Below, one piece after another: positions 1 through 11,940 of a stretch of 64,000 nt of DNA; positions within the stretch are counted from its first letter, which is position 1, and the number at the start of each line of letters is the position of its first letter. The stretch lies in the NCBI RefSeq assembly GCF_006345805.1, contig NC_043024.1, positions 8,742,001 through 8,806,000 on the forward strand. The letters are read 5' to 3'. The notes beneath the pieces were generated by a model, which saw only the letters and a program-made list of their open reading frames with translations, was not told the DNA's origin and searched no databases. The position numbers were made by a program, and so were the translations under genes. Source of the DNA: Octopus sinensis. Taxonomy: Eukaryota.

Positions 1-502
1 GAGCCACGGTTGCCGAAACAGACACTCTGAAGATTTTCACCAGAGCCCCGTCTGCCAGGTTGTGACCCTAATACCACTCGATGTCAGACCAATCCACCTT
101 GGGTGGCCCTACCAGGAACCGAAGTTCCTGACGGTCATGGGAATATGTAGATTTCACAAGTGGTCCCCAACAATCCCGCATATAGAGACATCCTGTTTGC
201 CGCAGACGCAGGGACAGAACGATCAAGGAGCCACTGGTTGCCGAAGCAGACATCCTGTTTGCCGCAGATTGTTCACAGATGCAGAGACAGAACGACCGAG
301 GAGCCACCAGTTGCCGAAACAGACACTCCGAGGATTTTCACCAGAGCCCCGTCTGCTGGGTTGTGGCCCTAATACCACTCGGTGTCAGACCAATCCGCCT
401 TGGGTGGCCTTACCAGGAACCAAACTTCCCGACGGCATAGCTCTGACACTACCCGTTGCCAGCGTCTCCACCACGGTGAGGAGAGGACGGGCTTTGGGGA
501 TG
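1..502 (-). mobile_element. 5' UTR region of an RTE-clade LINE, with an internal ~135-bp duplication (1-135 vs 301-436); inserted into a hAT remnant
   Basis: Minus strand reads ctcaccgtggtggagacgc...gagctatgccgtcggg...cctggtaaggccacccaaggc, resembling Expander/RTE 5' UTRs (from memory). GC-rich relative to the flank. The duplication is directly visible. Confidence 0.55.
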
Positions 503-960
503 CTATTTTGATAACTGCACGAATAAGATGCAAAAAGTCCAATGAAATGCATCGAACCCTTAGTCCAACCATCAATTACCAATGAAAATTTACTTGGAAG
601 TTCATCAGATATTTTCTTTCCCACTTCTTGAGTAAGTTTCTCCATGTATTTCTTTAAGGTCGCATTGTCATACTTCCCAAGTTTGTGTACTTACGAGTCA
701 GGGGATCTTCAGTAAAGGAAAATGGTTTTAAACCAACACATACCCACTCAATCCAATCATAAACACTTAAGGCCAAGTGACTGATCAAACTGCATTTTGG
801 TAAGAGAAAACTCAATAAAGATGGTTGTCCAGCTGCTTGTGTAGTAGAATACTCTGGATGCTGGGTTTTTTTTTATATGTTTCATAAGATTTGTCCATTT
901 AGTTCCTTTTTTCTGTGTCAACTTTTTTCTACACTTGCATTTCCATACATGTTCACCGTA
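503..960 (-). pseudogene. Decayed hAT-superfamily transposase N-terminal half (BED zinc finger through the first catalytic Asp)
   Basis: Minus-strand translation across frameshifts gives YGEHVWKCKCRKKLTQKKGTKWTNLMKHI..QHPEY (C-C/H-H BED-like), then VYDWIEWVCVGLKPFSFTEDPLTRKYTNL, then KYMEKLTQEVGKKISDELPSKFSLVIDGWTKGSMHFIGLFASY (DGW motif). Truncated by insertions on both sides. Confidence 0.8.
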
Positions 961-1157
961 TCATCATCATCATCATCATCATCATTTAGCGTCCGTTTTC
1001 CATGCTAGCATGGGTTGGACAGTTCAACTGGGGTCTGTAAAGCCAGAAGGCTTCATCAGGCCCAGTCAGATCTGGCAGTGTTTCTACGGCTGGATGCCCT
1101 TCCTAACGCCAACCACTCCGTGAGTGTAGTGGGTGCTTTTTACGTGCCACCCGCACG
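961..1157 (-). mobile_element. RTE 3'-UTR/tail fragment (family D) ending in (GAT)n
   Basis: Reverse complement of ggcgttaggaagggcatccagc...cccatgctagcatggaaaacggacg..aaatgatgatg. The same tail follows RTE coding sequence at 6575-7043 and 46527-47633. Confidence 0.8.
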
Positions 1158-1489
1158 TATGTTTGATTAAAATATTTTCTGATGATTTGCTTGGTTTCAT
1201 GCGGAATGGGTTAATTTAAAATAAAAGATATTTCACCACAGTTTAAAATAGAAGATATTTAGCTACAGTTTAAAATAGAAGATATTTCGCCACTCCACTG
1301 ATGAAAATCTGATTCAGGGAATATGTTGGAGCAGAATTCAAGATACAACCATGTTGCAGGTGAAGTTACGATTTAATAACTCAAAGACAGACTGTGTGAA
1401 TCATTCTCGGCAGACAGAATCAAAAATCACTCGACAGTGATTATTTGACAACATACACAATAGCCAATTCCAAAACAACAGACTGTGTC

Positions 1490-1652
1490 GATTAGATTGA
1501 CCCCAGTACGCAACTGGTACTTAATTTATCGACCCTAAAAAGATGAAAGGCAAAGTCAACCTCGGCGAAATTTGAACTCAGAATGTAAAGACATGAAATA
1601 TCACTAAGCATTTCACCTGGCGTGCTAATGATGATGCCAGCTAGCTGCCTTA
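1490..1652 (-). mobile_element. SINE family B, degraded copy
   Basis: Matches the copy at 11077-11310 (ttctgagttcaaatt..gactttgcctttcatc..gtcgataaattaagtaccag). Confidence 0.8.
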
Positions 1653-1676
1653 GAAATAAGATAATTAAACAAGAAA

Positions 1677-2060
1677 GGTGCAGGTGTGACTGTGTGGTAA
1701 GAAGCTTGAGCCCCCAACCATATGGTTCCAGGTTCAGTTCCACTGCAAGGCACGTTGGACAAGTATCGTTTACTATAGCCTTGGGCTGATCAAAGCCTTG
1801 TTATTGGATTTAGTTGACGATAACTAGAGGTATGTTGTGTGTGTGTGTGTGTATGAATCTTTGTGTTTGTATTTGCTACCCACTCAAACTGGTGTTGGTG
1901 TGTTTATGTTCCCGTGACTCAGCAGTTCAAAAAAGAAACCACTAAAACGAGTACCAAACTTTAAAAATTAAGAAAAAGGTATCGGGGTTGATTCCTTCCA
2001 CTAAAAATTATCAGAGGCAGTGCCCCAGCATGGCAACATTTTAATGACTCAAACATTTAT
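1677..2060 (+). mobile_element. SINE family A, old diverged copy
   Basis: tRNA-like head (gtgactgtgtggtaag...caggttcagttccac), internal (TG)n, tail gtgccccagcatggc. Confidence 0.75.
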
Positions 2061-2347
2061 ATTTTAAACAGATTAACAAAAGATTTATTATTGAGATTTT
2101 GAAAAAATATGAATTGCCCATTATGTTATGAATGAATAGAAACATGACTGATGATGCTTTAAAAAAACCAAGGTAGGTGTGGGCATGGGTGGGTTGGTGG
2201 TTAAGAAAGAAGCTCACTTTGCAATGCAATCATGTGGTTTCAGGTTCAGACCAACCTCTTTTATGAGGATGTTACTGAAATTTTGGGGGACAAAGTTTTT
2301 TTTCTAGTATGTGAGTGCTTTCATTAAACCTTATATACACACACACA

Positions 2348-2425
<78 letters not shown>

Positions 2426-2432
2426 CACATAT

Positions 2433-2728
2433 ACAATGGCCTAGTGGTTAGGGCAGCGGACTCGCGGTCGTAGGATCGCGGTTTCGATTCCCAGACCGGG
2501 CGTGTGAGTGTTTATTGAGCGAAAACACCTAAAGCTCCACGAGGCTCTGGCAGGGGGTGGTGGCGACCCCTGTTGTACTCTTTCGCCACTTTCTCTCACT
2601 CTTTCTTCTGTTGGCCTGCTCGCTTAGCCAGCGGGGTGGCGTCACTTGAAGGCTAAAACAATGCGAAGCACATTGTGACCAGCAATGTGTAACAACATCT
2701 GATAGCCTGGTCGGTCACGGTGATCACG

Positions 2729-2732
<4 letters not shown>
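2433..2732 (+). mobile_element. SINE family C (tRNA-Arg-like head), copy 1 of a tandem pair
   Basis: A box tggcctagtgg, B box ggtttcgattccc; head resembles tRNA-Arg(TCG). Flanked by (TA)n/(CA)n. Confidence 0.85.
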
Positions 2733-2802
<70 letters not shown>

Positions 2803-2810
2803 CACATATA

Positions 2811-3110
2811 CAATGGCCTAGTGGTTAGGGCAGCGGACTCGCGGTCGTAGGATCGCGGTTTCGATTCCCAGACCGGGCGTTGTGAGTGTTTATTGAGCGA
2901 AAACACCTAAAGCTCCACGAGGCTCTGGCAGGGGGTGGTGGCGACCCCTGTTGTACTCTTTCGCCACTTTCTCTCACTCTTTCTTCTGTTGGCCTGCTCG
3001 CTTAGCCAGCGGGGTGGCGTCACTTGAAGGCTAAAACAATGCGAAGCACATTGTGACCAGCAATGTGTAACAACATCTGATAGCCTGGTCGGTCACGGTG
3101 ATCACGGTGA
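2811..3110 (+). mobile_element. SINE family C, copy 2 of the tandem pair (nearly identical to 2433-2732)
   Basis: Direct comparison shows one visible 1-nt indel. Confidence 0.85.
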
Positions 3111-3759
3111 TATATATATATATATATATATACATATATATTTATATAACAATAAGGGTTTTTTGCAGCAAGTTGCTTGACCACATACCGAAAATTTTAG
3201 AAATAGCAGCCAAAGGACTACTATTTCCTTTTACTACAAAAATAAGTCTCCACAGACAACAATATTTGTAACTCACAAATGGCAAAAAATGAAGAAAAAT
3301 ATTGAAATCAAACAGTCTTCGGTTAATTATGTTTCTGGATTAGAATCATAAGACTTATTTCCTTCATCGATATAATATTCCTATAAATCTAGAAATGCTA
3401 GGAAAACTTACCTCCTATATTTTCAATCAAGCGACATTGAAAAATATTGAAAAATATCGCTTGATCAAAAATATAGGAGGTAAGAGAATCAGTGAAAAAT
3501 AGCCAAGCAGTATTTGCTTTGGCTCTTTGTATTCTGAGTTCAAACTATGTCAAGGTGAACTTTGCCTTTCATCCTTTTAGGGATGGATAAAATAAAGTAC
3601 ATTTATCCTTGTTCATCACAGGAGTTTGGTAAACAAAAAAGAAAACAAATGGGAGCACAGAGATAAATGAAAATGGTAAGTCTACCATCTCCAAGCACTT
3701 TGTAAATTCAACAAATGGTAGAGCCATTGACACAAAATTCACATGTTTTCTTGATCATC

Positions 3760-4045
3760 TCTACCTGCTCCAGAGCGTCGGCTGCGGGGTCACTCCGAAA
3801 AGCTCTATCTGCGACGATTTCATCTCAATCGAAGGAGAGGGGCTTTCTCCGTCCGGGTTGCGTATCCGTGGAATAAGCTGCAGGACGAGATAGTGAAGAT
3901 GCCGACGACTGATCGGTTCAAAGTCTCTCAAGACCAGAAATGGCCTGAACTCTTTGCATGAACACCACCCTGTATATAACTCCATGTCCCCCTACATGGC
4001 CTTGCTATTTGCTTTTTGAGCCAAAAAATTAACTTAACTTAACTT
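3760..4045 (+). mobile_element. CR1/L2-like LINE 3' end (family CR1-a) with (TTAAC)n tail
   Basis: Translates LPAPERRLRGHSEKLYLRRFHLNRRRGAFSVRVAYPWNKL..FK..DQKWPELFA*, the RGH..KL...FS.RV..WN.L C-terminal motif of CR1 ORF2. Ends aattaacttaacttaactt. Confidence 0.8.
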
Positions 4046-4299
4046 TTTTCCATTGAGAAAACACTCCTTTGCATTATTTGTTAAGATCAATATAATTTTA
4101 AAACATCATTTTTAAGATAGTACAGTATGATTTGAAAGAAGTTTGGCTGCTATTTCTAACAAGACAAGTGATCTGAATAGAGGCTCCCTTTATTGGCTTG
4201 ACTGGTATGAGCTGAGTTGTGCCTGAAATGGAACGAAACGTAACTGTTTTGTGTCTTGCTTATAATGATCGCCTGAGAAAGCAGACAGCATACAACCAC

Positions 4300-4344
4300 T
4301 GCCATTAGCACCACCATTATCACTCTCACTACTGACACCACCAC

Positions 4345-4382
<38 letters not shown>

Positions 4383-4785
4383 CCACCAGCACCAGCACTA
4401 CTGTCACTACTGGCACCATCATCATCATCATCCTCAATGCCACCACCAGCACCATTGTCACCATCACCATCATGATCCCCATCACCACCACCACCACCAC
4501 CATCACCACTACCAACACTATCATCGCTACAACCACCATCATCATCATCATCACCACCACCACCATTACCATCACCATTACTACCACCATCACCATCATC
4601 ATCACCACCACTATCACCAGAACCACCACCATCCATGACTGTTGTCATCATCATCATCATCACCACCACCATTACCATCACCACCATCACTGTCACCATC
4701 ACCACCATCATCATCACCACCACTGTCACCAGAACCACCACCATCCACCACTGTTGTCATCATCATCATCATCATCATCATCCAC
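4300..4785. repeat. Compound (CAT/CAC)n trinucleotide low-complexity tract
   Basis: Directly visible. Confidence 0.95.
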
Positions 4786-5324
4786 AGTGACTATAATTGC
4801 ATCTAGTTTTCTGTAGCGACACAGGTTGTTCAGTGAGGGAGGGAGGGAGGAAAGAGACAGAGAGGAAACATGGAGGTTATTTTTCTATTTTCTCTCTGCC
4901 CCGCCTCCTTGAAACAGCACTCCTTACTCTTGATCAATTGGTTTCTTGTCATTGTTGTTGTTGTTATTGTCGTCGTTTGATGTTCACAGACATATTAAGT
5001 AAATTACACAACAACGTAACAACAAAAACTGCAAGTCATTCTCCTCTGTTTGTTATCCTGAGAGGAATTCTTATTTTTAGTAATGATGGAAAAAAACACA
5101 AAAAAAAAATCAGCTGTTAACCTCATCTTTTGTTTTAGTGGTGGTCATGGTGGTGGTGGTTTACTTTTGGTGGAGCAAGGTGATAATTTCAGAGAGTCAG
5201 AAGCATGCATGGTTATGTGGTTAAGTAGCTTGCATCTCAACCACATAATTTTGGGTTCAGTCCCACTGTATAGCACCTTGGGCAAGTGTCTTCCACTATA
5301 GCCCTCAGCTGAAAAAATTCCATA

Positions 5325-6296
5325 CAGGTCTTTGTCGACTTACAATCACAATTGGTTCCAACTGACTGGTTGTAAGTCGACTTACAGGTCTACACAGCTT
5401 TGTTTTATATTTTTACATTCTTAAGGTACATTCTCAGGTAAAAGTCACACACAGAATTCTGTATTATACTATTATACTGGTGTAGAGGTGCAATGGCTCA
5501 ATGGTTAGGGCAGCGGACTCGCAGTCATAGGATCACAGTTTCGATTCCTAGACCAGGTATTGTGAGTGTTTATTGAGCAAAAACACCTAAAGCTCCACAA
5601 GGCTCCGGCAAGGGGTGGTGGTGGACCCTACTGTATTCTTTCACCACAACTTTCTCACACTCTGCCTTCCTGTTTCTGTTGTACCTGTATTACAAAGGGC
5701 CAGCCTTGTCACACTCTGTGTCATGCTGAATCATCATCATCATCATCGTCATTTAACGTCCGCTTTCCATGCTAGCATGGGTTGGACGGTTCAACTGGGG
5801 TCTGGGAAGCCCGAAGGCTGCACCAGGCCAGTCAGATCTGGCAATGTTTCTACAGCTGGATGCCCCTCCTAACACCACTCCCCTGAAAACTACGTTAAGG
5901 GTACATGTGTCAGCCACTTGCACATTAATTTCACAAGTAGGCTGTTCCATTGATCGGATCAACTGGAACCCTCATTGTTGTAACCGATGGAGTGCCGGAG
6001 ATTATACTGGTGTTAGTAAAAAATTTCGGAGTCTCAAACAGTTGTCTTATAAACAAATACGAGGTTGCCTCAATGTCTCTATGACAGGATATTCATCCAA
6101 CACAGCTGCGATCGATAACCGAACCTAGGGGAAGCATATGTTAGCTGACATCATCCATAGATGGGTTAATTTCCAAGAAATTAAACCCATTAGGTTTCAA
6201 CTGGACTATCTATTATTGCTGCTGGGAGCTGGTGTGTCAATCATCATAAAGTTGATCAGTCATAAATCAGATAGGTCATAAGTCAATGACAACCTG
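5325..6296. mobile_element. Possible Tigger/pogo-type MITE remnant, with nested SINE C (5485-6000) that is itself interrupted by an RTE tail (5731-5875)
   Basis: Left end ta|caggtctttgtcgacttacaatcacaattgg and right end ggtcataagtcaatgacaacctg are imperfect inverted repeats. The nested SINE and RTE-tail pieces match other copies in the window. Confidence 0.45.
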
Positions 6297-6574
6297 TTTG
6301 CAGATTTGGTTGACAAAACCTCAAAAAAGACTGTTGTACATATACATGTATGTCTGTGTCCACAGACACACACACACACACATGTGATGGAAGTCTCTCA
6401 TAGACCAAGAAAGACAGTTCTGCAATTTCTCGCTGGACAATGATTTGTTTATAGCGAGGATGAAATGTGTGCTGTACATTAGCTTACTCCTTCAATTAAA
6501 TCGATGTTGCCTGGACAATGTAACTGATTTTTCTCCTTCCCCGCAAAGTTGCTGGCCTTGTGCCAAAACGGAAA

Positions 6575-7043
6575 GAGACAGTTGCAGCAAGAGGTGCTGA
6601 TCTTTAAATGTAAAAGAAACATGTGGAAGGGGTAGACCCAGGAAGACATGGGATAAAATGATGAGAAAGGATCTACAGATGTCGGGACTCACAGAGGGGA
6701 TGACAGGGGACTAAGACTCCTGGTAGTTTACTGTGCTTGAAAGGACACATCAAGCTATGTAAAAGTGTGGTTGCCCTTGCATAAGGCTTGTCTCCTGCAA
6801 CCCTCTCCAACTCAACATCCCTAACCTTGTGGGCTCATAGGTGCTGATGCCACATATAAAGTACCTGTGCCAGTGTTGCATAAAAGCACCCAGTACACTC
6901 TGTAAAGTGTTTGGCAGTAGGAAGGACATTCAGCCATAGAAACCATGCCAAAACAGACATGGAGCCTGATCAGCCCTTCAGCTGGTCAGCTCCTATCAAA
7001 ACTGCCCAACCCATGCCAGCATGGAAAATGGATGTTAAATGAT
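6575..7043 (+). mobile_element. RTE-clade LINE 3' end (C-terminal ORF2 remnant plus 3' UTR, family D)
   Basis: Translates TCGRGRPRKTWDKMMRKDLQMSGLTEGMTGD*DSW (RTE GRPRKTW...DR..W motif), followed by the family D tail. Confidence 0.8.
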
Positions 7044-7057
7044 TATTATTATTATTA

Positions 7058-7117
<60 letters not shown>

Positions 7118-7271
7118 TATGTTTGACTTTTGCTTTACATTTGTACAAGTTGGCTCCATGTCTCACCCAGAGACTTCAAGAGACAACAGGTTGGAAGTTC
7201 ATATTGGTGTTATGCCTAGGGTGCCATACATTTGGTTTTGTACATAGTGTTGTTCTAGAGAATGTTTAAGA

Positions 7272-7329
<58 letters not shown>

Positions 7330-7560
7330 GTCTGACTTTTGCTTTACATTTGCACAAGTTGGCTCCAAGCCTCACCCAGAGACCTCAAGAGACAACAAGT
7401 TAGAAGTTGATGTTAGTGTTATGCCAAGGGTGTCATAAATTTGGTTTTGTACATAGTGTTGTTCTAGAGAATGTTTAAGAAACTGTAAGAAAATTATGTG
7501 TTTGTTTTAAAATTTGAGATTACAATTTTATTATTATTATTATTATCATTATTATTATTA
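7040..7560 (-). mobile_element. Two tandem 3' ends of a probable R4/Dong-like retroelement embedded in (ATT)n
   Basis: 7117-7271 and 7327-7530 are homologous. Each abuts (ATT)n. The minus strand has tctcttgaggtctctgggtgag, similar to R4/Dong 3' UTRs (from memory). Confidence 0.45.
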
Positions 7561-7763
7561 AGGTAGCGATCAGGCAGAATCATTAGTATGCCTGAGTTCT
7601 GAGTTCAAATTCCACCAAGGTTGACTTTGCTCTCATCCTTCTGGAGCCATTAGGATCTACCTCAATGTCATAGCAACCACCCTCACACCATTTCGCCATC
7701 TTGCCTGGTTTTTGGTGTTCTCCTTTTTTCAAATCAACCCTCCCACCATTATTATTATTATTA

Positions 7764-7815
<52 letters not shown>

Positions 7816-8211
7816 CATTATTACTATTATTATTATAATTACTACTAATAAAAACAAAGGATTGGCAGAACTTGTAGAACACAGGACAACATGCTTTGCA
7901 AGTATTTCTTCCCTCTCTAGCCCTCTGTTTTCATTCTAAATTCAGATCTTCAAATCCCATCAAGGACAACTTTGCCTTTCATCCTTTCAGGGTCGATAAA
8001 ATAAGTCCTTGCCAAGTACTAGAGCCAAATTAATCGATCACCTATACCTCTACCCACCAACCTTTGCTTCCGCATCAGATGTCTGATCTCGTGTTTGTTT
8101 ATGACAGACACAAGGTCAGAAATTATTGTTATTATCGTTGTTGTTTAACGGATATGCACTCTCTCTCTTTCTTTCTCTCTCTCTCTTTCTTTCTCTCTCG
8201 CTCTCTCTCTT

Positions 8212-8251
<40 letters not shown>

Positions 8252-9179
8252 CCTCCCCTCAATCATTCAGACAAGTGGGAGAGATTTTAAAACTTAGAAT
8301 ACGTACAATAATAATAAAAGTAAAGAAGCACATCTAAGCCAAATAGGGGAACGAACTGTCTGCAAAAGGTTAATCACTAAGATCAATGTTTAACACAGGT
8401 TTATTGTAGTGCGAAAAGAGTGAGGATTAACTCAAGAGAAGAAAGTTTGACTAAGGGATTATCAGTGTTGTCAAAACTTCCTCTTTAGATATTCACACCT
8501 CACTACCACCACCATTCTATCACATACGTACAAACTCATTACACACATACACATATACACAGGCCAATACAGAGATTTCCCACCCTACACCTTCTACCGG
8601 TTAACACTGGAATGCAACAAGTACAAAATGTACATGAAGGAATCAAACTAGTCACATGACAAGTCTGCTGTCAGATGGTTCTTGTGAGCAAAGTGGAGGG
8701 CTACAAGCAGTGTGGTGGGCATGTATGTATGTACGCACGCATGTGTGTGTGTGTGTGTCTGTGTGAGTGCATGCATGTGTGTCTGTTTGCGGGTTGCGCA
8801 AAGTTAAGATGACTCCTTGTTAAATGAAACCTCGACTTCCTTGGGAGCAGCAGCAACAACAACAACAACAGCAGCAACAGTGTGTCTTTCACTTGAAAGA
8901 AAGGTCGTATTATTAGCAGAAGCTTTCGGAAGTGGACCCTACCCAACTGCTCACCCCTTCATTCTGTCCTACCTTTAAAAAAAGGAAGGAGGCGGGTTGG
9001 AAGATGCAGGAAAACTTTCTCAAAGTTATCTCCTTGAATAACAATGGATTATCTATTTTTTCTTCTCTTTTACTCTTTTACTTGTTTCAGTCATTGGACT
9101 GCAGCCATGCTGGGGCTTGCCTTGAAGGGTTTTAAGTCAAACAAATCAACTTGAGTGAACTGAAGCAATATAAAATAAA

Positions 9180-9505
9180 TCGTAGCTGTGATACCAGTGC
9201 TGGTGGCACATAAGAGAACCATCCGAACGTGGCCATTGCCAGCGCCGCCCCGACTGCCTCCGTGCCAGTGGCACGTAAAAAGCACCATCCGATCGTGGCC
9301 GTTTGCCAGCCACGCCTGGCACCTGTGCCGGAGGCACGTAAAAAGCACCGACTACACTCATGGAGTGGTTGGCGTTAGGGAGGGCATCCAACCGTAGAAA
9401 CATTGCCAGATCAGACTGGGCCTGGTGCAGCCTTCTGGCTTCCCAGACCCCAGTTGAACCGTCCAACCCATGCCAGCATGGAAAGGGGACGCTAAACGAT
9501 GATGA
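9180..9505 (+). mobile_element. RTE 3'-UTR fragment (family D) with three gtgcc..ggcac repeat units
   Basis: Same units and tail as 46527-47633. Confidence 0.8.
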
Positions 9506-9759
9506 ACCTTGTTTAAGGACGCAATATGCTGCTTGGTCCAGGAATTGAACCCACGACGTTGTGGTACTGAACCTAATATCCAAACTATACCCTGGACATT
9601 ACTTTCCAGTTTCCATGGCAAATACGTGGCCGAGATCACAGCATTTCCCCTGAATGGGACCCCAGTCAACCACAGGGTTCCACTACTCAGTCTGGGAAAT
9701 GAAACTGTGATCTTACAATTGTGAATGCAACACCCTAATCAATAGGCCATGTGCCTTCT

Positions 9760-10130
9760 ACTTGTTTCAGTCATTTGACCGTGGCCATGCTGGAGTACCA
9801 CCTTAAGGGGATTTTTAGTCAAAGAAATCGACCCAGGATTTATACTTTGTAAGCCTTGTACTTATTCTATAAGTCACTTATACTGACCTGCTATGTTACT
9901 GGGATGTAAACAAACCAGCATCAGTTGTCAAGCGATGGTGGTGAGGACAAACACAGACACAAAGACTTAAATATATACATATATATATATAAGACAGGCT
10001 TCTTTCAGTTTCCATCCACCAAATCCACTCACAAGGCTTTGGATGGCCTGATGCTATAGTAGAAGACACTGGCCCAGGTGTCACACAGTGGGACTGAACC
10101 TGAAACTATGTGGTTGAGAAGCAAACTTCT
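9760..10130 (-). mobile_element. SINE family A
   Basis: Reverse complement of the family A consensus. Confidence 0.85.
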
Positions 10131-10340
10131 TTATTTCATTTAATTGGCCTCAAGGGCCTTACACAGAAAGGAAGCTAATGGCTGGACACACACACATAAT
10201 ATGAATGACAAATGAAATGGTGAAAAATGAGGGCAACAGCAACGCCTAACGATTGCTGTATACCCGAGCACATTGTTCTTTTATAAAACATTTCAAGGCA
10301 ATAAACCTCATTACAAAACAAACATTAAGGAGGCAATATA

Positions 10341-10695
10341 CATCATCATCATCATCGTTTAACGTCTGCTTTCCATGCTAGCATGGGTTGGACGTATGAC
10401 TGAAGGCTGGCGAACCAGATGGCTGCGCCAGGCTTCAATCTCGATCTGGTAGAGTTTCTACAGCTGGATGCCCTTCCTAACGCCAACCACTCCGAGAGTG
10501 TAGTGGGTGCTTTTACATGCCACCGGCACGGGGCCAGTCAGGTGGCACTAGCAACGACCTCACTCGAATCTTTTACACATGCCACCAGCACAGGTGCCAG
10601 TAAGGCGATGCTGGTAATGATCACGCTTGAATGGTGTTTTTTACGTGCCACCGGCACAGAGGCCTGATAGCCGCTCTGGCAACGATCACACTCTT
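10341..10695 (-). mobile_element. RTE 3'-UTR fragment (family D subfamily)
   Basis: (CAT)n, ccatgctagcatgg palindrome, ctggatgcccttcctaacgcc. Confidence 0.8.
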
Positions 10696-11076
10696 ACATT
10701 AACTACAAACAAAGCCACTTTGAGGCAATGAAGCTCTTATTCAATTCCATTTAGGTATCAAAAATACAATCTTCTTGCCCGACTAGACTTCTCGCCTCAG
10801 AAAAACACCAGGATGGTTCCAAGTTGGGCCAATTCAACATAAACCTATAGGTATCCTTGGGGAAGGAATCCATTATCCTGAACAGGTGATGAGAAGCAAA
10901 CTTCTTACCACACAGCCATGCCTGCATATATTTACACACACACACATATGCACACATACACGCGCACGAACACATGTGCACACATGCACACATACATGCA
11001 CACGCAGGCTAAAACAATGCAGAACACATTGTGATCAGCGATGTGTAGCAACATCTCATATATATACTCAGTAACA

Positions 11077-11310
11077 AAGGCGGTGAGCTGGCAAAAACGT
11101 TAGCACACCATGCGAAATGCTTAGAGGTATTTCGTCTGCTGCTACGTTCTGAGTTCAAATTCCACCGAGGTCGACTTTGCCTTTCATCCTTTCGGGGTCG
11201 ATTAAATAAGTACCAGTTACGCACTGGGGTCGATATAATCGAGTTAATCCCTTTGTCTGCCCTTGTTTGTCCCCTCTCTGTTTAGCCCCTTGTGGGCAAT
11301 AAAGAAATAA
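11077..11310 (+). mobile_element. SINE family B, full-length monomer
   Basis: Head aaggcggtgagctggcaaaaacgttagc, B-box-like gagttcaaatt, central gcctttcatcctttcggggtcgat..agtaccag (resembles a conserved Meta/MESC-type SINE domain, from memory), tail ...gggcaataaagaaata. Confidence 0.85.
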
Positions 11311-11522
11311 TATATACTCAGTAACACACAGACATGAAGGGCTTCTTTCAGTCTCCCTTCTAAACAATTTACTATTTTCATTCTGCATCCTAATAACAAT
11401 ATTTAAAACAAACATGAGGTTGCCATGTGTTACTGAGATGTGGCCACTGTGGCTTGTTAATTGATTCTTGAAGATCCTATGAAATGTCAGGAGTTAATTG
11501 ACAGAGGTTATTCAATCAAACA

Positions 11523-11555
<33 letters not shown>

Positions 11556-11724
11556 GTTTCTCTCTCTCTCTCTCCCTCTCTTAATGACCCTCAATCTACC
11601 TCCTCCTGTGTCACTACAATGTATGTGACATTTACAAGAACTTACCAGAGAAAAGGAGAAGTGGTGGTGCTAGTGGCTGTGGTGATTATATGTATGTATG
11701 TATGTATGTATGTCTGTATGAATG

Positions 11725-11758
<34 letters not shown>

Positions 11759-11807
11759 CGTATGTATGTTAGTTATCGCTCAGCAGATCATGATCATCAT
11801 GGTTATC

Positions 11808-11808
11808 A

Positions 11809-11841
<33 letters not shown>

Positions 11842-11885
11842 ATAATAATAATAATAATATAATAATAATAATAATTATAATAATA

Positions 11886-11940
<55 letters not shown>

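Noticed and set aside
2433-2505. tRNA gene
   Set aside because: tRNA-like A/B boxes continue into a SINE body; no acceptor stem or poly-T terminator; multiple dispersed copies.
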